Assembly: GCA_965202665.1 (NCBI GenBank) | Contig: OZ241841.1 | Coordinates: forward strand, 1,472,001 to 1,536,000 | DNA from: Candidatus Spongiisociaceae bacterium | GTDB taxonomy: Bacteria > Actinomycetota > Acidimicrobiia > Spongiisociales > Spongiisociaceae | Length of the DNA: 64,000 nucleotides | Direction: 5' to 3' | Shown: positions 1 through 9,018 of the stretch, piece after piece | How positions within the stretch are numbered: the first letter of the stretch is position 1 | How the letters are laid out: every line of letters starts with the position of its first letter | Notes under the pieces: generated by a model | Databases searched by the model: none | What the model saw: only the letters and a program-made list of their open reading frames with translations | Told to the model about the DNA's origin: nothing | Translations under genes and position numbers: made by a program

Positions 1-604
1 GGTTGTCCCCTCCCCGGGGGATTATCAGGTCGGCGCACCGCCGGGAAGGCTCCACGAACCGCAGATGCATGGGGCGCACGGTGGCGTGATATTGGCCGAC
101 CACCGACTCCAATGAGCGTCCCCGCTCCCGGATGTCCCGCACCACCCGTCGCAGGGCGCGGATGTCGGGATCGGCGTCCGCGAACACTTTCAGATCCATC
201 GCCCGGCGCAGTTCGGCGTCCGCTAAGACCAGTATTCCTTCCAACAGGATCACCGGGCGGGGAAAGACCGGGACGGTCCGTTCGTTGCGCAGATGGCGGG
301 TGAAGTCGTACGTCGGTTGCGCGATGGTTTTGCCGGCCGCCAGATCGGCCAGGTGGGTAAGCAACAGTTCGGTTTCCAGCGAATCGGGGTGGTCGTAGTT
401 GACCCCGGCGCGTTCCTCGGGGGTGAGGTCCGGCCGGTGACGGTAATAGGCGTCGTGGGCGATGAGGGCCGCCCCGTCCGGGCCCGCCTGTTCCACGATG
501 GCGGAGGCGATGGTGGTTTTGCCGGAACAGCTGCCTCCGGCCAGGCCGATCACAAACGGGCGGACTCCCGGGAGGAGCGGGCGAGGCTCCGGGGGGTCGC
601 TCAC
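1..604 (-). CDS. udk: uridine kinase (3' end runs off the window)
   Basis: Not in ORF track. Manual translation gives MSDPPEPRPLLPGVRPFVIGLAGGSCSGKTT (P-loop), DAYY, NYDHP, ILLEGILV, RRVVRDIRERGR, FVEPSRR. The GTG start overlaps the upstream TGA. Confidence 0.9.
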   Translation of the reverse strand, partial: MSDPPEPRPLLPGVRPFVIGLAGGSCSGKTTIASAIVEQAGPDGAALIAHDAYYRHRPDLTPEERAGVNYDHPDSLETELLLTHLADLAAGKTIAQPTYDFTRHLRNERTVPVFPRPVILLEGILVLADAELRRAMDLKVFADADPDIRALRRVVRDIRERGRSLESVVGQYHATVRPMHLRFVEPSRRCADLIIPRGGDN

Positions 605-1167
605 TGCTTGGCTTCGGCCTTCATTCGGGCTTTGTGCTCCCGCAGATCCTCGATTTGCTCAAACTCGGCGACGTCGGCGATGGAAGGCCAGTCGGCGGCC
701 GCTTTCTCCCACCCCACCGGGCCTTCCCGCAGTCGTTTGCCCACCACCCCGGCGAAAATCCGGGCTTTGGCGTCACCGAAACCGGGCAGGGCTTTCAAAC
801 GGCGCAACAGGTCGGGGCCGTCCGCGGCCCCCCGCCAGACGGCGGCCGCATCCCCCTCGTAGTCGGCGGCGATGGCCGCGCACAGGGCCCCGGTGCGACG
901 GGCCATGGAGTTGGGAAAACGGTGCAAGGCGGGCGGGCCGCGGAAGATTTCCTCCAACTCTTCCTCGGGAAGGGAAGCAATGTGGGCGGCGTCCAAAGGA
1001 CGGCCCAACCGCTGTTCCAGAACATAGGGGGAATGGAAAGCCCACTCCATCTTGAACTGCTGGTCCAGCAACATCCCGATTAGCAAAGCCAAAGGACGTT
1101 CGGCTAGCAACCGGTTGGCCTCCTCCGACTGCGTCCAATTCAATGACTGCGGAGCCCCTTCGCTCAT
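601..1167 (-). CDS. HhH-GPD-type base excision DNA repair family protein
   Basis: LLIGMLLDQQ, ALHRFP, and the helix-hairpin-helix LKALPGFGDAKA typical of the uncharacterised actinobacterial HhH-GPD family. Confidence 0.85.
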   Translation of the reverse strand: MSEGAPQSLNWTQSEEANRLLAERPLALLIGMLLDQQFKMEWAFHSPYVLEQRLGRPLDAAHIASLPEEELEEIFRGPPALHRFPNSMARRTGALCAAIAADYEGDAAAVWRGAADGPDLLRRLKALPGFGDAKARIFAGVVGKRLREGPVGWEKAAADWPSIADVAEFEQIEDLREHKARMKAEAKQ

Positions 1168-1218
1168 GCCCCCATCCTAGTAGATCCCCCGCTGGCCGGA
1201 CATGCGATAATTCGAGGC

Positions 1219-2232
1219 ATGGGCGATGCGGAACCCGTCGACGGCCTGTCCGAGGGGCGGAGCTGGAATTGGATATGGCCGGCGGGGGCGGCGGCGCTGC
1301 TGGCCGTGGCCGGGTGGCTGGTGTGGATGGCGGTCGGTTCCGGGGGGGAAGGGCCGGGCGGAGAATACCGGATCGTCTACGACTCCTACCATCCGGACGA
1401 CAACCGGGAGGGCGGGGCGCGGGTGTTGGACGCCGATGGGAGCAACCACCGCTCCCTGTCCGAAGAAGGCTGGGATCCGCGTTGGTCGCCGGACGGTTCC
1501 CGCGTGGCCTTCTCCGGCCCGGACGGCGCCGGGATATGGGTGGCGGACGCCGCCGCCGGCCAACCCCGCCGCCTGACCGACGAAGGGTGGGGGCCGGTTT
1601 GGTCGCCGGACGGTTCCCGCCTCGCCTATCACTCCTATCTGGCCCCCGACCGGGACGGGATATGGCTGATAAACGCCGACGGGACGGCTCACCGGCAGCT
1701 GACGGAAGGCGGGGAATGGGCGGAATGGGCGCCGGACGGTTCCCGCCTGGCTTATTTCCTGAAGATCATCGACGGGGGCGGGGTGTGGGTGGCGGACGTC
1801 GGGGGCGGCGAACCCCGCCTGGCGGCGGAGGCGGGGGTGTGGCCGGAATGGTCGCCGGACGGAAGCCGGATCGCCTTCACGAGGGTAGACGGCGGGGTGT
1901 GGGTGGTGGATGCGGAGGGCGGCGAACCCCGCCGGCTGTTCGCGGTGGGGGAATGGCCGCAGTGGTCGCCGGACGGTTCCCAACTTGCCTTTCAACATCC
2001 GCAGGGCGGGGTGTGGGTGGTGGATGTCGGGGGCGGCGAACCCCGCCGATTGACGACCATGGGAAGAGGTCCCTCTTGGTCTCCGGACGGCTCCTACTTG
2101 GCGTTTTTCCGCGCTTTTGAAGACGGGGGCGGGGTGTGGGTGATGTCCGCCGCGGGCGGCGAGCCCCGTCAACTAACCGAAACCGGAGGTTGGCCGCGAT
2201 GGTCCCCCCGCCTTTTCGAAAGCGGCGGCTGA
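1219..2232 (+). CDS. membrane-anchored TolB-like beta-propeller protein (PD40/WD40-like repeats)
   Basis: N-terminal TM helix, then six W(S/A)PDGS repeats plus a final WSP. Confidence 0.85.
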   Translation: MGDAEPVDGLSEGRSWNWIWPAGAAALLAVAGWLVWMAVGSGGEGPGGEYRIVYDSYHPDDNREGGARVLDADGSNHRSLSEEGWDPRWSPDGSRVAFSGPDGAGIWVADAAAGQPRRLTDEGWGPVWSPDGSRLAYHSYLAPDRDGIWLINADGTAHRQLTEGGEWAEWAPDGSRLAYFLKIIDGGGVWVADVGGGEPRLAAEAGVWPEWSPDGSRIAFTRVDGGVWVVDAEGGEPRRLFAVGEWPQWSPDGSQLAFQHPQGGVWVVDVGGGEPRRLTTMGRGPSWSPDGSYLAFFRAFEDGGGVWVMSAAGGEPRQLTETGGWPRWSPRLFESGG

Positions 2233-2260
2233 AAGTTGGTTCCCGACACGGGGGCGTTGT

Positions 2261-2290
2261 TTGACAGACCCTCAACAGAATGTATATATT
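2261..2290 (+). promoter_or_regulatory. putative sigma70-type promoter
   Basis: TTGACA at 2261-2266, 18 bp spacer, TATATT at 2285-2290 in an otherwise GC-rich intergenic region. Confidence 0.5.
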
Positions 2291-2421
2291 GCGACTGTTC
2301 CCCCAACCGGGGTTGGTCTAGTGCATACCCGAATGGGTCGCAACCGGCATGGCGGCATAGGGCGGGTTCTCCCGAGGCGGGCTATTCTGGGGTTATGAAT
2401 TCGCCCGTCCGCCGCCGGTAA

Positions 2422-3348
2422 ATGTCCATCCTGCTCAACCCCACTTTTCATCCGCAAGAGTGGTTGGAGGCGTTGTCGGAACTGTTGCCGGATATTCCCA
2501 TTTGTATGTGGCCGAAAGTGGGCGACCCGCAGGAAGTGGAATACGCGGTGGTGTGGAAGCACGACCCGGCCGACCTGCGCCGTTATCCGAACCTGCGGGC
2601 TATTTTGTCGGTCACGGTGGGGATGGAACAGTTTCTGAAAGGCGGCTACCCAAAGGTGCCCATCGTGCGGCTGGTGGACGAGGCGATGACTGAGGAGATG
2701 GCCCTGTTCGCCTTGCATTGGGTGATCCATTTCCAACGCCGCATCGACCGGCATTTGGCCGGACGGGCCCGCCGGGCGTGGGACACCCCCGTCACCCCTT
2801 TGCCCGCCGAATACCCGGTGGGGTTGCTCGGATACGGGACCATCGGGCGGAGGATAGGGGAGGCGCTGGCCGGGCTGGGCTACCCGGTTCGCGCCTGGCG
2901 CCGCACCGACCGGGGCGGAGAGGAGGGGGAAACGGCCTTCCATCACGGGTCGTCCGGGTTGGATGAGATGTTGGGGGCTTGCGCGGCGGTGATCAACATT
3001 CTGCCCCGCACCCCGGCCACGGAGGGCCTGATGAACCGGCGCCGGTTTGCGGCCTGCCGCCCGGGGGCGGTCTACATTTCCCTGGGGAGGGGGGCCACCA
3101 CCGTGGAAGAAGACTTGGTGCGGGCCTTGGACGACGGGCCGTTGCGGGCGGCCGCTTTGGACGTGACCGCCCGGGAGCCGTTGCCGGAAGACTCGCCCCT
3201 GTGGGATCATCCCCATGTTCACATCACCCCCCACGTTTCCGGCCAGTTGCGTCCCGCCACTTCCGCGCCGCATGTGGCGGCCAACATCCGCCGCCTGCAA
3301 AACGGCCAAAACCCCCGCCCGCTGTTCGACCCGGCCTTGGGCTACTGA
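2422..3348 (+). CDS. ghrA: glyoxylate/hydroxypyruvate reductase A-like D-2-hydroxyacid dehydrogenase
   Basis: GLLGYGTIG Rossmann motif, LDVTAREPLP, ITPHVSG. Confidence 0.8.
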   Translation: MSILLNPTFHPQEWLEALSELLPDIPICMWPKVGDPQEVEYAVVWKHDPADLRRYPNLRAILSVTVGMEQFLKGGYPKVPIVRLVDEAMTEEMALFALHWVIHFQRRIDRHLAGRARRAWDTPVTPLPAEYPVGLLGYGTIGRRIGEALAGLGYPVRAWRRTDRGGEEGETAFHHGSSGLDEMLGACAAVINILPRTPATEGLMNRRRFAACRPGAVYISLGRGATTVEEDLVRALDDGPLRAAALDVTAREPLPEDSPLWDHPHVHITPHVSGQLRPATSAPHVAANIRRLQNGQNPRPLFDPALGY

Positions 3349-4070
3349 TTCCCCGGGGCGGGGTCGGGGGTGAAGGCGGCTATTTCCAGGCCCATTTGGC
3401 GGGCGGCGGCCAGGAACTTTCCGGCGGGGTCGGCGGGGCGGTTCCAACCGGGCGGATATTCCCCCCGGGCGGCGGTGAGGGCGGCCGCGGCCAGGAAAAC
3501 GCCCCGCAGGAAGTCGGCGTCGTCGGCGACCGCCGCCGTCTGGCCGCCCGCCTCGGCGTACAGGCCCATCCAGGGGCCGTCGGTGGGGGCGGCCAGGTAA
3601 ACGGCCGGTTCGGGGAGGGCGGAGCCTTGCGCCCGTCCCGCCCACAACGGCCCCATCGGGAGCGGGAAGTTCACCGCCTCCCCGCCCCCCAAAGGAGGGC
3701 CGGGCGCGGTCCAGGCCAAGCGGACCGCCGCCGACCGGTCCGCCTCCTTCAGCGCCCCCAGCAGGGCGGCGGCCAGGTTCTCCCCCGCCAGGACGCCGGA
3801 TACGACGGCTGCCTGTTGCGGGGGAGGGCGCCGGTCCCATCCGGCGGGCGGCGGGGAGGCGAGAACCGCCGGCGCGCCCCCCGCCAGCGACCAATCCCAC
3901 CAGGGGAGGGCGGCGGGGGAAAGTTCCTGAAAAGCCAGGGCGTCCCATTCGCCCTCCGGCGTCCGCCCCTCCTCCAACAGTTCCACGGTCAACCCCGGTT
4001 GGGCGGCCAAGGCGCGAAAGGCGCGCCGCGGCGACTCCCCACCAGCCAGCACCCCGATGCGGGCGCTCAT
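3342..4070 (-). CDS. hypothetical protein
   Basis: 242 aa ORF filling the gap with plausible composition; no motif recognised. Confidence 0.55.
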   Translation of the reverse strand: MSARIGVLAGGESPRRAFRALAAQPGLTVELLEEGRTPEGEWDALAFQELSPAALPWWDWSLAGGAPAVLASPPPAGWDRRPPPQQAAVVSGVLAGENLAAALLGALKEADRSAAVRLAWTAPGPPLGGGEAVNFPLPMGPLWAGRAQGSALPEPAVYLAAPTDGPWMGLYAEAGGQTAAVADDADFLRGVFLAAAALTAARGEYPPGWNRPADPAGKFLAAARQMGLEIAAFTPDPAPGNQ

Positions 4071-4080
4071 CGGCGGCGGG

Positions 4081-4218
4081 TCACGTTGAGCGGGGGAGCG
4101 GAGCCCAGGTTCCCGCCGGGGCGGGGGGCGGGACGATGGGGGGCGACCGGCGGGCGGCCAGCGCGGCTATCGCCGCCGTAGCCGCTATCGCCGCCGTCAA
4201 CCAGAGCAGGGTTTTCAC
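4081..4218 (-). CDS. small putative membrane protein (45 aa)
   Basis: Manual translation MKTLLWLTAAIAATAAIAALAARRSPPIVPPPAPAGTWAPLPRST; co-oriented and fills the gap between cobO and the next gene. Confidence 0.45.
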   Translation of the reverse strand: MKTLLWLTAAIAATAAIAALAARRSPPIVPPPAPAGTWAPLPRST

Positions 4219-4246
4219 AAGGCAAGTGTAGGGGAAGCCGGCGCGC

Positions 4247-4816
4247 TCAGAAGTCGATGCCTTTCATAGCGGATACGCCCGCCTGGTAGGCGTGTTTGAC
4301 GGAGGTCATCTCGGTTACCGTATCCGCGGCCGCTATCAGCTCCGGGGGGGCGTCCCGTCCGGTGGCCACCACGTTAACCTGCGGCGGCCGCTCCTCAATC
4401 ACCCGCACCACCTCGGCGGCGTCGATCCACCCCCAGTTCATGGGGTACGTGATTTCATCCAGGATCACCAGCTGATGCCCGCCGGCGGTGATGCGCTCCC
4501 GGGCCAGCCGCCAAGCCGAACGGGCCGTCGCCTCCGACTCTCCCAAGTCTTCGCTGTCCCAGGAAAAACCGTCCCCCTCCGTGTCCCAGTCCGCTCCCAG
4601 GCGGCGGGCGATTTTTTCCTCCCCCACCTTCCACTCCTCCGATTTGATGAACTGCACCACCGCGCACCGCCATCCCCGCGCTACCGCCCGCATCAGGATC
4701 CCCATGGCGGCGGTGGTTTTGCCTTTGCCGTGGCCGGTGTTGACTATCACCAGCGATTGCGCCCGGCGCAAACCCCCCGGCCGGGGATCTTCAGTCGGCG
4801 GCCCTCCCTCCGTCAT
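4247..4816 (-). CDS. cobO: cob(I)yrinic acid a,c-diamide adenosyltransferase
   Basis: VNTGHGKGKTTAAMG, VQFIK, ILDEI, TGRDAP, ADTVTEM, KGIDF. Start moved to ATG 4816, which overlaps the upstream stop. Confidence 0.92.
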   Translation of the reverse strand: MTEGGPPTEDPRPGGLRRAQSLVIVNTGHGKGKTTAAMGILMRAVARGWRCAVVQFIKSEEWKVGEEKIARRLGADWDTEGDGFSWDSEDLGESEATARSAWRLARERITAGGHQLVILDEITYPMNWGWIDAAEVVRVIEERPPQVNVVATGRDAPPELIAAADTVTEMTSVKHAYQAGVSAMKGIDF

Positions 4817-5589
4817 GCTCCCCCCCGCACCGGAACTATCGCCACCCCGTTGTCCATAGTCAGCACCTCCACGGTCGCCTGGTAATAGTCGCGAATGCAT
4901 TCCGCGGTCAGGACCTCCGCCGCCGGGCCCTGCGCCGCCACCCGCCCCTCGGACAGCAACGCCAGATGATCGGAGAACTGCCCGGCCAAAGTCAGGTCGT
5001 GCATGGCGGTGACGATGGTCATCGGCTGCCGGCGCCGCAACGAGCCTATCAACTCTAAAGCGTTCTGCCCTTGGCCGATGTCAAGGGAGCTGGTCGGTTC
5101 GTCCAGCAGGAGCAGGCCGGGTTGCTGGGCCAAAGCCCGGGCCAGGGCCGCCCGTCGTCGCTCCCCCCCGCTCAGGTCGGACAGGGACCGTTCCGCCAGC
5201 TCCTCCAAGTTCAGCATTTCCATGGCCCGGCGGGCGCATCGCACGTCGTTTGCGGTTTCCCAGCCCAAAAAAGAAAGGTAGGGGGTGCGCCCCAGCAGCA
5301 CGTATTCGGTTACGCTCATCCCCTCCGGCATAATCGGCTCCTGGGGGACGAAGGCCACCTCCCGGGCCCGCTCCCGGCGGGGCATGCGGGCCGGGTCGCG
5401 TCCGTTTACCAGGATGGTCCCCTGATGTTCCACCAGCCCGGCGATGGCCCGCAACAGGGTGGATTTGCCCGCCCCATTGGGTCCTAGAAGGCCCAGCCAC
5501 TGGTTGCGCCCCGCCCCCAAAGTCACGTTGTCCAACACCGGCCGCCCCGGTTGGTAAGCCACCGAAACCCCCTCCGCCAGCAGGCTCAT
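4813..5589 (-). CDS. cobalamin/Fe-siderophore ABC transporter ATP-binding protein (BtuD-like)
   Basis: GPNGAGKST, LSGGE, LLLDEPT, MHDL; start at MSLLAEG (5589). Confidence 0.88.
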   Translation of the reverse strand: MSLLAEGVSVAYQPGRPVLDNVTLGAGRNQWLGLLGPNGAGKSTLLRAIAGLVEHQGTILVNGRDPARMPRRERAREVAFVPQEPIMPEGMSVTEYVLLGRTPYLSFLGWETANDVRCARRAMEMLNLEELAERSLSDLSGGERRRAALARALAQQPGLLLLDEPTSSLDIGQGQNALELIGSLRRRQPMTIVTAMHDLTLAGQFSDHLALLSEGRVAAQGPAAEVLTAECIRDYYQATVEVLTMDNGVAIVPVRGGA

Positions 5590-6644
5590 ACCGCGTACCC
5601 CCGGCTGGTGCGCAACACCACCATGAAAAACGGGGCCCCCACGAAGGCGGTGACCACCCCGATCGGCAACTCGGCCGGGCTGACGATGGTGCGGGCCGCC
5701 AGATCGGCCAGAATCATAAAAGCCGCCCCCGCCGCCGCCGACAGCGGAATCAGCGAACGGTAGCTGGCCCCGGCCAGCAGGCGCACCGTGTGCGGAACCA
5801 CGATTCCCACAAAGGCGATCAGGCCGGCCACGGCCACCGCCGCCGCCGTCGCCAAAGTGGCGAACACCACCACCGCCCCCCGCACTCCTACTGCGGAAAC
5901 CCCCAGGCTGGAGGCCTCCTCGTCCCCCACGCTCATCACGTCCAACAACCTGCGCAAGGCGAACAGCGCCCCGCCGCACACCGCGAAGTAGGGGAGGAGC
6001 GTCAACACCTCATCCCAGCCGTTGGTGGCCAGCCGTCCCAAAATCCAGGAGTAAACCTGGCGGACGGCGTCGGTGTTGCGTTGCTGGATGTAGGTTTGCA
6101 CGGCGGTGAAAAAGGCCCCCACCGCCACCCCGGCCAAGATGAGCGACACCGCGCTGCGCCCCCCCGCCGCCCGGCCCACCAGGTAGGTGATGGCCGCCGC
6201 CGCCAAACCCCCGGCGAAGGCGGCCGCGGGAACCAGGCCGGAAGCGGCGGCCGGGAGCAGGGCGATGACGATGGTCGCCCCCAGTCCGCCCCCCGCCGCC
6301 ACGCCCAGCAAATAAGGGTCGGCCAGCGGATTGCGGAACACCCCCTGGTAGGCCGCCCCCGCCATGGCCAGCAGGGCCCCCACCAGGCCGCCCAGGACCA
6401 CCCGCGGCGCCCGGATTTGCCACAGGATGGCCTGTTGCGTTTCGCTCAAAGCCGGGGCGGAGTCCAGCAAGGCCAGCCCGCTGATCTGACGCAGGGCCTG
6501 CCCCGGGTGAATGTCGGCCGGTCCCAGCAGGAACCCGGCGGCGGCCGCCGCCGCCAGGGCCAGCAAAATGGCCGCCATCCACCCCCACCGCATCCGGGCG
6601 GGCGGGGCGGCCGCCGCCGCCGGGGAAACCGCGCCGGGGGGCAA
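5586..6644 (-). CDS. cobalamin/Fe-siderophore ABC transporter permease (BtuC/FecCD family)
   Basis: IRAPRV, QGVFRNPLADPYLLG, IAFVGIVVPH, ELPIGVVTAFVGAPFF. Confidence 0.9.
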   Translation of the reverse strand: MPPGAVSPAAAAAPPARMRWGWMAAILLALAAAAAAGFLLGPADIHPGQALRQISGLALLDSAPALSETQQAILWQIRAPRVVLGGLVGALLAMAGAAYQGVFRNPLADPYLLGVAAGGGLGATIVIALLPAAASGLVPAAAFAGGLAAAAITYLVGRAAGGRSAVSLILAGVAVGAFFTAVQTYIQQRNTDAVRQVYSWILGRLATNGWDEVLTLLPYFAVCGGALFALRRLLDVMSVGDEEASSLGVSAVGVRGAVVVFATLATAAAVAVAGLIAFVGIVVPHTVRLLAGASYRSLIPLSAAAGAAFMILADLAARTIVSPAELPIGVVTAFVGAPFFMVVLRTSRGYAV

Positions 6645-6645
6645 A

Positions 6646-8505
6646 TCAGCCCTGGTCGGGGAGGGACTCGCCGACCAGTTGCACGAACTCCGCCAGACGC
6701 GGCCCCCAGCGGCTGGAAACGTCGGCGTCCAAGGCGATGATGTCGCCGTTTCGCACCGCTGTTATGGAATCCCACCCCTCCCGGGCGGAGATGCTTTCCG
6801 CGGTGGTGGTGCAGAACTCCCCGCACCCGAAGAAAATAATGTCCGGGTCGCTTTCCACGATGTGTTCGGCGGACAGTTGCGGATAGTCCCCCGCCGCCTC
6901 CTGCCCGTCGGCGATGTTCTCCAAACCGAACAGCGCGAACACTTGGCCTTGGATGGTGGAGGAAGTGGCCGAATAGTGGGCGTCGTCCAACTCGTAATAG
7001 AAGGTGAGGCCCGCGCCCGCCGGTCCATACTGCTCCGCCAACCGGTCGATCCGGGCCTGCATCTGTTCGCTCAACTCCTCCGCCTGCTCCAAATGACCGG
7101 TGGCCGCTCCCAGCTGCCGGAGTTGTTCGTAAACCTGGTCCAGGTCGGAGGCGGCGCCTTGGATGATGACCGGGATGTCCAACGTTCCCAAAGAGTCCGC
7201 CAACCCGCCCGGGTCGTAGGAGACGACCACCAGGTCCGGTTCGTAGGCGGCGATGGCCTCCACGTTGGGCTGCCAGCCGCTCAAATCGGTGACCGGAACC
7301 CCCTCCGGGTAGTCGGACTGGTCGTCCACCGCCGTAACTTGGCCGCCCGCCCCGATGGCGAACAGCATTTCGGTGGCGGTGGGGGACAGGGAAATAACCG
7401 CCTCCGGCCGCTCCGGCAAGGTGACCGAAAAACCGGTCCCCGACACGGTCACCGGAAAATCGGGTTCCGCCACCTCCTCCTCCGAGCCGTCCCCGGCCGC
7501 CCCCTCCGGATCTACGGGCGGGGGGATGGATTCGCCCACCAGCCGCACCAAATCCACCAGGCGGGGACCCCAGCGGTCGGCCAGTTCGGCGTCCAGGCCG
7601 ATGATATGGCCGTTGCGCACCGCGTTGATGGAGCCCCATCCGTCCCGGTCGGCGATGGCCTGGGCGACGGTCCCGCAATCCTTCTCGCAACTGAAGAAAA
7701 TGATGTCCGGGTTCTGCTCGGCTATGTATTCGGCGGTCAGTTGCGGGTAGTAGCCTTGCGCGGTCAGCAACAGATCGGCTATGTTCACCAACCCGAGAAT
7801 GGCCGCCGCCTCGCCTTGCACGGTTTGGGAAGTGACCGAAAACAGATCTTCGTCCAACTCGTAGTAGTAGGTGCGCTTCTCCCCCGGGGTGCGGAGCCGT
7901 TCACCCACCGCCTCGATTTCCCCCCGCATCCGGTCGCTAAGGGCCACCGCCTCCGTTTCATGGCCGGTGGCGATCCCCAGCTGCAGCATCTGGTCGTAAG
8001 CTTGGTCGATGCTGGGGGCGGGACCTTGGATGATGACCGGGATGCCCATCGCCTCCAAGGCTTCCAAAAGACCGCCCGGATCGTAGGAGATCACCACCAG
8101 GTCCGGTTGGTAGGCGGCGATGTCCTCCGCGGTGGCGTTTTGCCCGTCCAAGTCGGTGGTCGGCGCTTCGGCGGGAAAGTCGGACTGGCGGTCCGCCGCC
8201 GCCACCTGGCCGCCCGCGCCGATGGCGAACAAAATTTCGGTGGCGGTGGGGGACAGGGAAACGATCGCCTCCGGCCTTTCCTCCAAATAAATACTGAACC
8301 CCACCCCTTCCAGCGAAGCCGGAAAGTCGGGGAGGGCGGTGGAGGCGGGGGCGTCGTCCGCCGCGCCGCCCGCGGCCGAAGTCGGCGCCGCCGGTTGGGA
8401 GAGGGGCTCAGTCCCCTGATCGACCGGGGCGGCGTCGGGTTCCGAAGAACCGCAGGCGGCGGCCATCACCGCCATGGCTAGCAAGAAGGAGATTTTTCTC
8501 CGCAT
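6646..8505 (-). CDS. cobalamin-binding lipoprotein with two tandem BtuF-like domains
   Basis: Signal peptide with lipobox MAAAC; two copies of RPEA-x-SLSPTATE-x-LFAIGAG ... RWGPRL; lies downstream of the B12 riboswitch. Confidence 0.85.
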   Translation of the reverse strand: MRRKISFLLAMAVMAAACGSSEPDAAPVDQGTEPLSQPAAPTSAAGGAADDAPASTALPDFPASLEGVGFSIYLEERPEAIVSLSPTATEILFAIGAGGQVAAADRQSDFPAEAPTTDLDGQNATAEDIAAYQPDLVVISYDPGGLLEALEAMGIPVIIQGPAPSIDQAYDQMLQLGIATGHETEAVALSDRMRGEIEAVGERLRTPGEKRTYYYELDEDLFSVTSQTVQGEAAAILGLVNIADLLLTAQGYYPQLTAEYIAEQNPDIIFFSCEKDCGTVAQAIADRDGWGSINAVRNGHIIGLDAELADRWGPRLVDLVRLVGESIPPPVDPEGAAGDGSEEEVAEPDFPVTVSGTGFSVTLPERPEAVISLSPTATEMLFAIGAGGQVTAVDDQSDYPEGVPVTDLSGWQPNVEAIAAYEPDLVVVSYDPGGLADSLGTLDIPVIIQGAASDLDQVYEQLRQLGAATGHLEQAEELSEQMQARIDRLAEQYGPAGAGLTFYYELDDAHYSATSSTIQGQVFALFGLENIADGQEAAGDYPQLSAEHIVESDPDIIFFGCGEFCTTTAESISAREGWDSITAVRNGDIIALDADVSSRWGPRLAEFVQLVGESLPDQG

Positions 8506-8599
8506 AGAACATCCTCCGAAAGTTTCGGGGATGAAGAGAGATCGGGCTAAGTCGCTGGGACCGGCACGATCAACCCTTCGTCCGAGAGCTGATACGCGA

Positions 8600-8715
8600 C
8601 CGCAGGCGCAGGCGTCCTGGCTCGTCCCCCCAGGGGGGCTTGACAGTTGCGGGACAGCGCCGGGCTCGCACCGGACTTCGCTGCTTACTGCGGCGCCCGG
8701 TTGTCTCCCCGGGCC
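8600..8715 (-). promoter_or_regulatory. cobalamin riboswitch
   Basis: Minus strand GAAGTCCGGTGCGAGCCCGGCGCTGTCCCGCAACTGT ... GAGCCAGGACGCCTGC (B12 box); TATACT -10 just upstream; precedes the btu-like/cobO operon. Ends approximate. Confidence 0.88.
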
Positions 8716-8788
8716 GTAACCCCAGTATAGCGCCTCCCCGGCGACGGTTGGCGAATAGGGCTGCCAAGTGGTGTAATATGGCCTTCCC

Positions 8789-8863
8789 GGGCCCATAGCT
8801 CAGTCTGGTTAGAGCGCATCCCTGATAAGGATGAGGTCCCTGGTTCAAATCCAGGTGGGCCCA
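8789..8863 (+). tRNA. tRNA-Ile(GAT)
   Basis: GGGCCCA/TGGGCCC acceptor stem, CATCC-CTGATAA-GGATG anticodon arm, GGTTCAAATCC T arm. Confidence 0.96.
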
Positions 8864-8918
8864 CCCCCGGCCTCGGCGCGGCGGACGCCCCTCCGTTTTA
8901 TGTAGAATGAGGCGACCG

Positions 8919-8992
8919 GGGGGTGTAGCTCAGCAAGGCAGAGCGCCTGGTTTGCAACCAGGAGGCCGTCGGTTCGAATCCGATCACCTCCA
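8919..8992 (+). tRNA. tRNA-Ala(TGC)
   Basis: GGGGGTG/CACCTCC acceptor stem with G3:U70, CCTGG-TTTGCAA-CCAGG, GGTTCGAATCC. Confidence 0.96.
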
Positions 8993-9018
8993 CGCACCCA
9001 AACTCGGAGGAGGCAACC

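Noticed and set aside
1480-2210. Regularly spaced DNA repeats as a CRISPR array
   Set aside because: They are in-frame coding repeats of the WSPDG propeller blades.
8789-8992. rRNA operon spacer
   Set aside because: No 16S or 23S sequence flanks the tRNA-Ile/tRNA-Ala pair.
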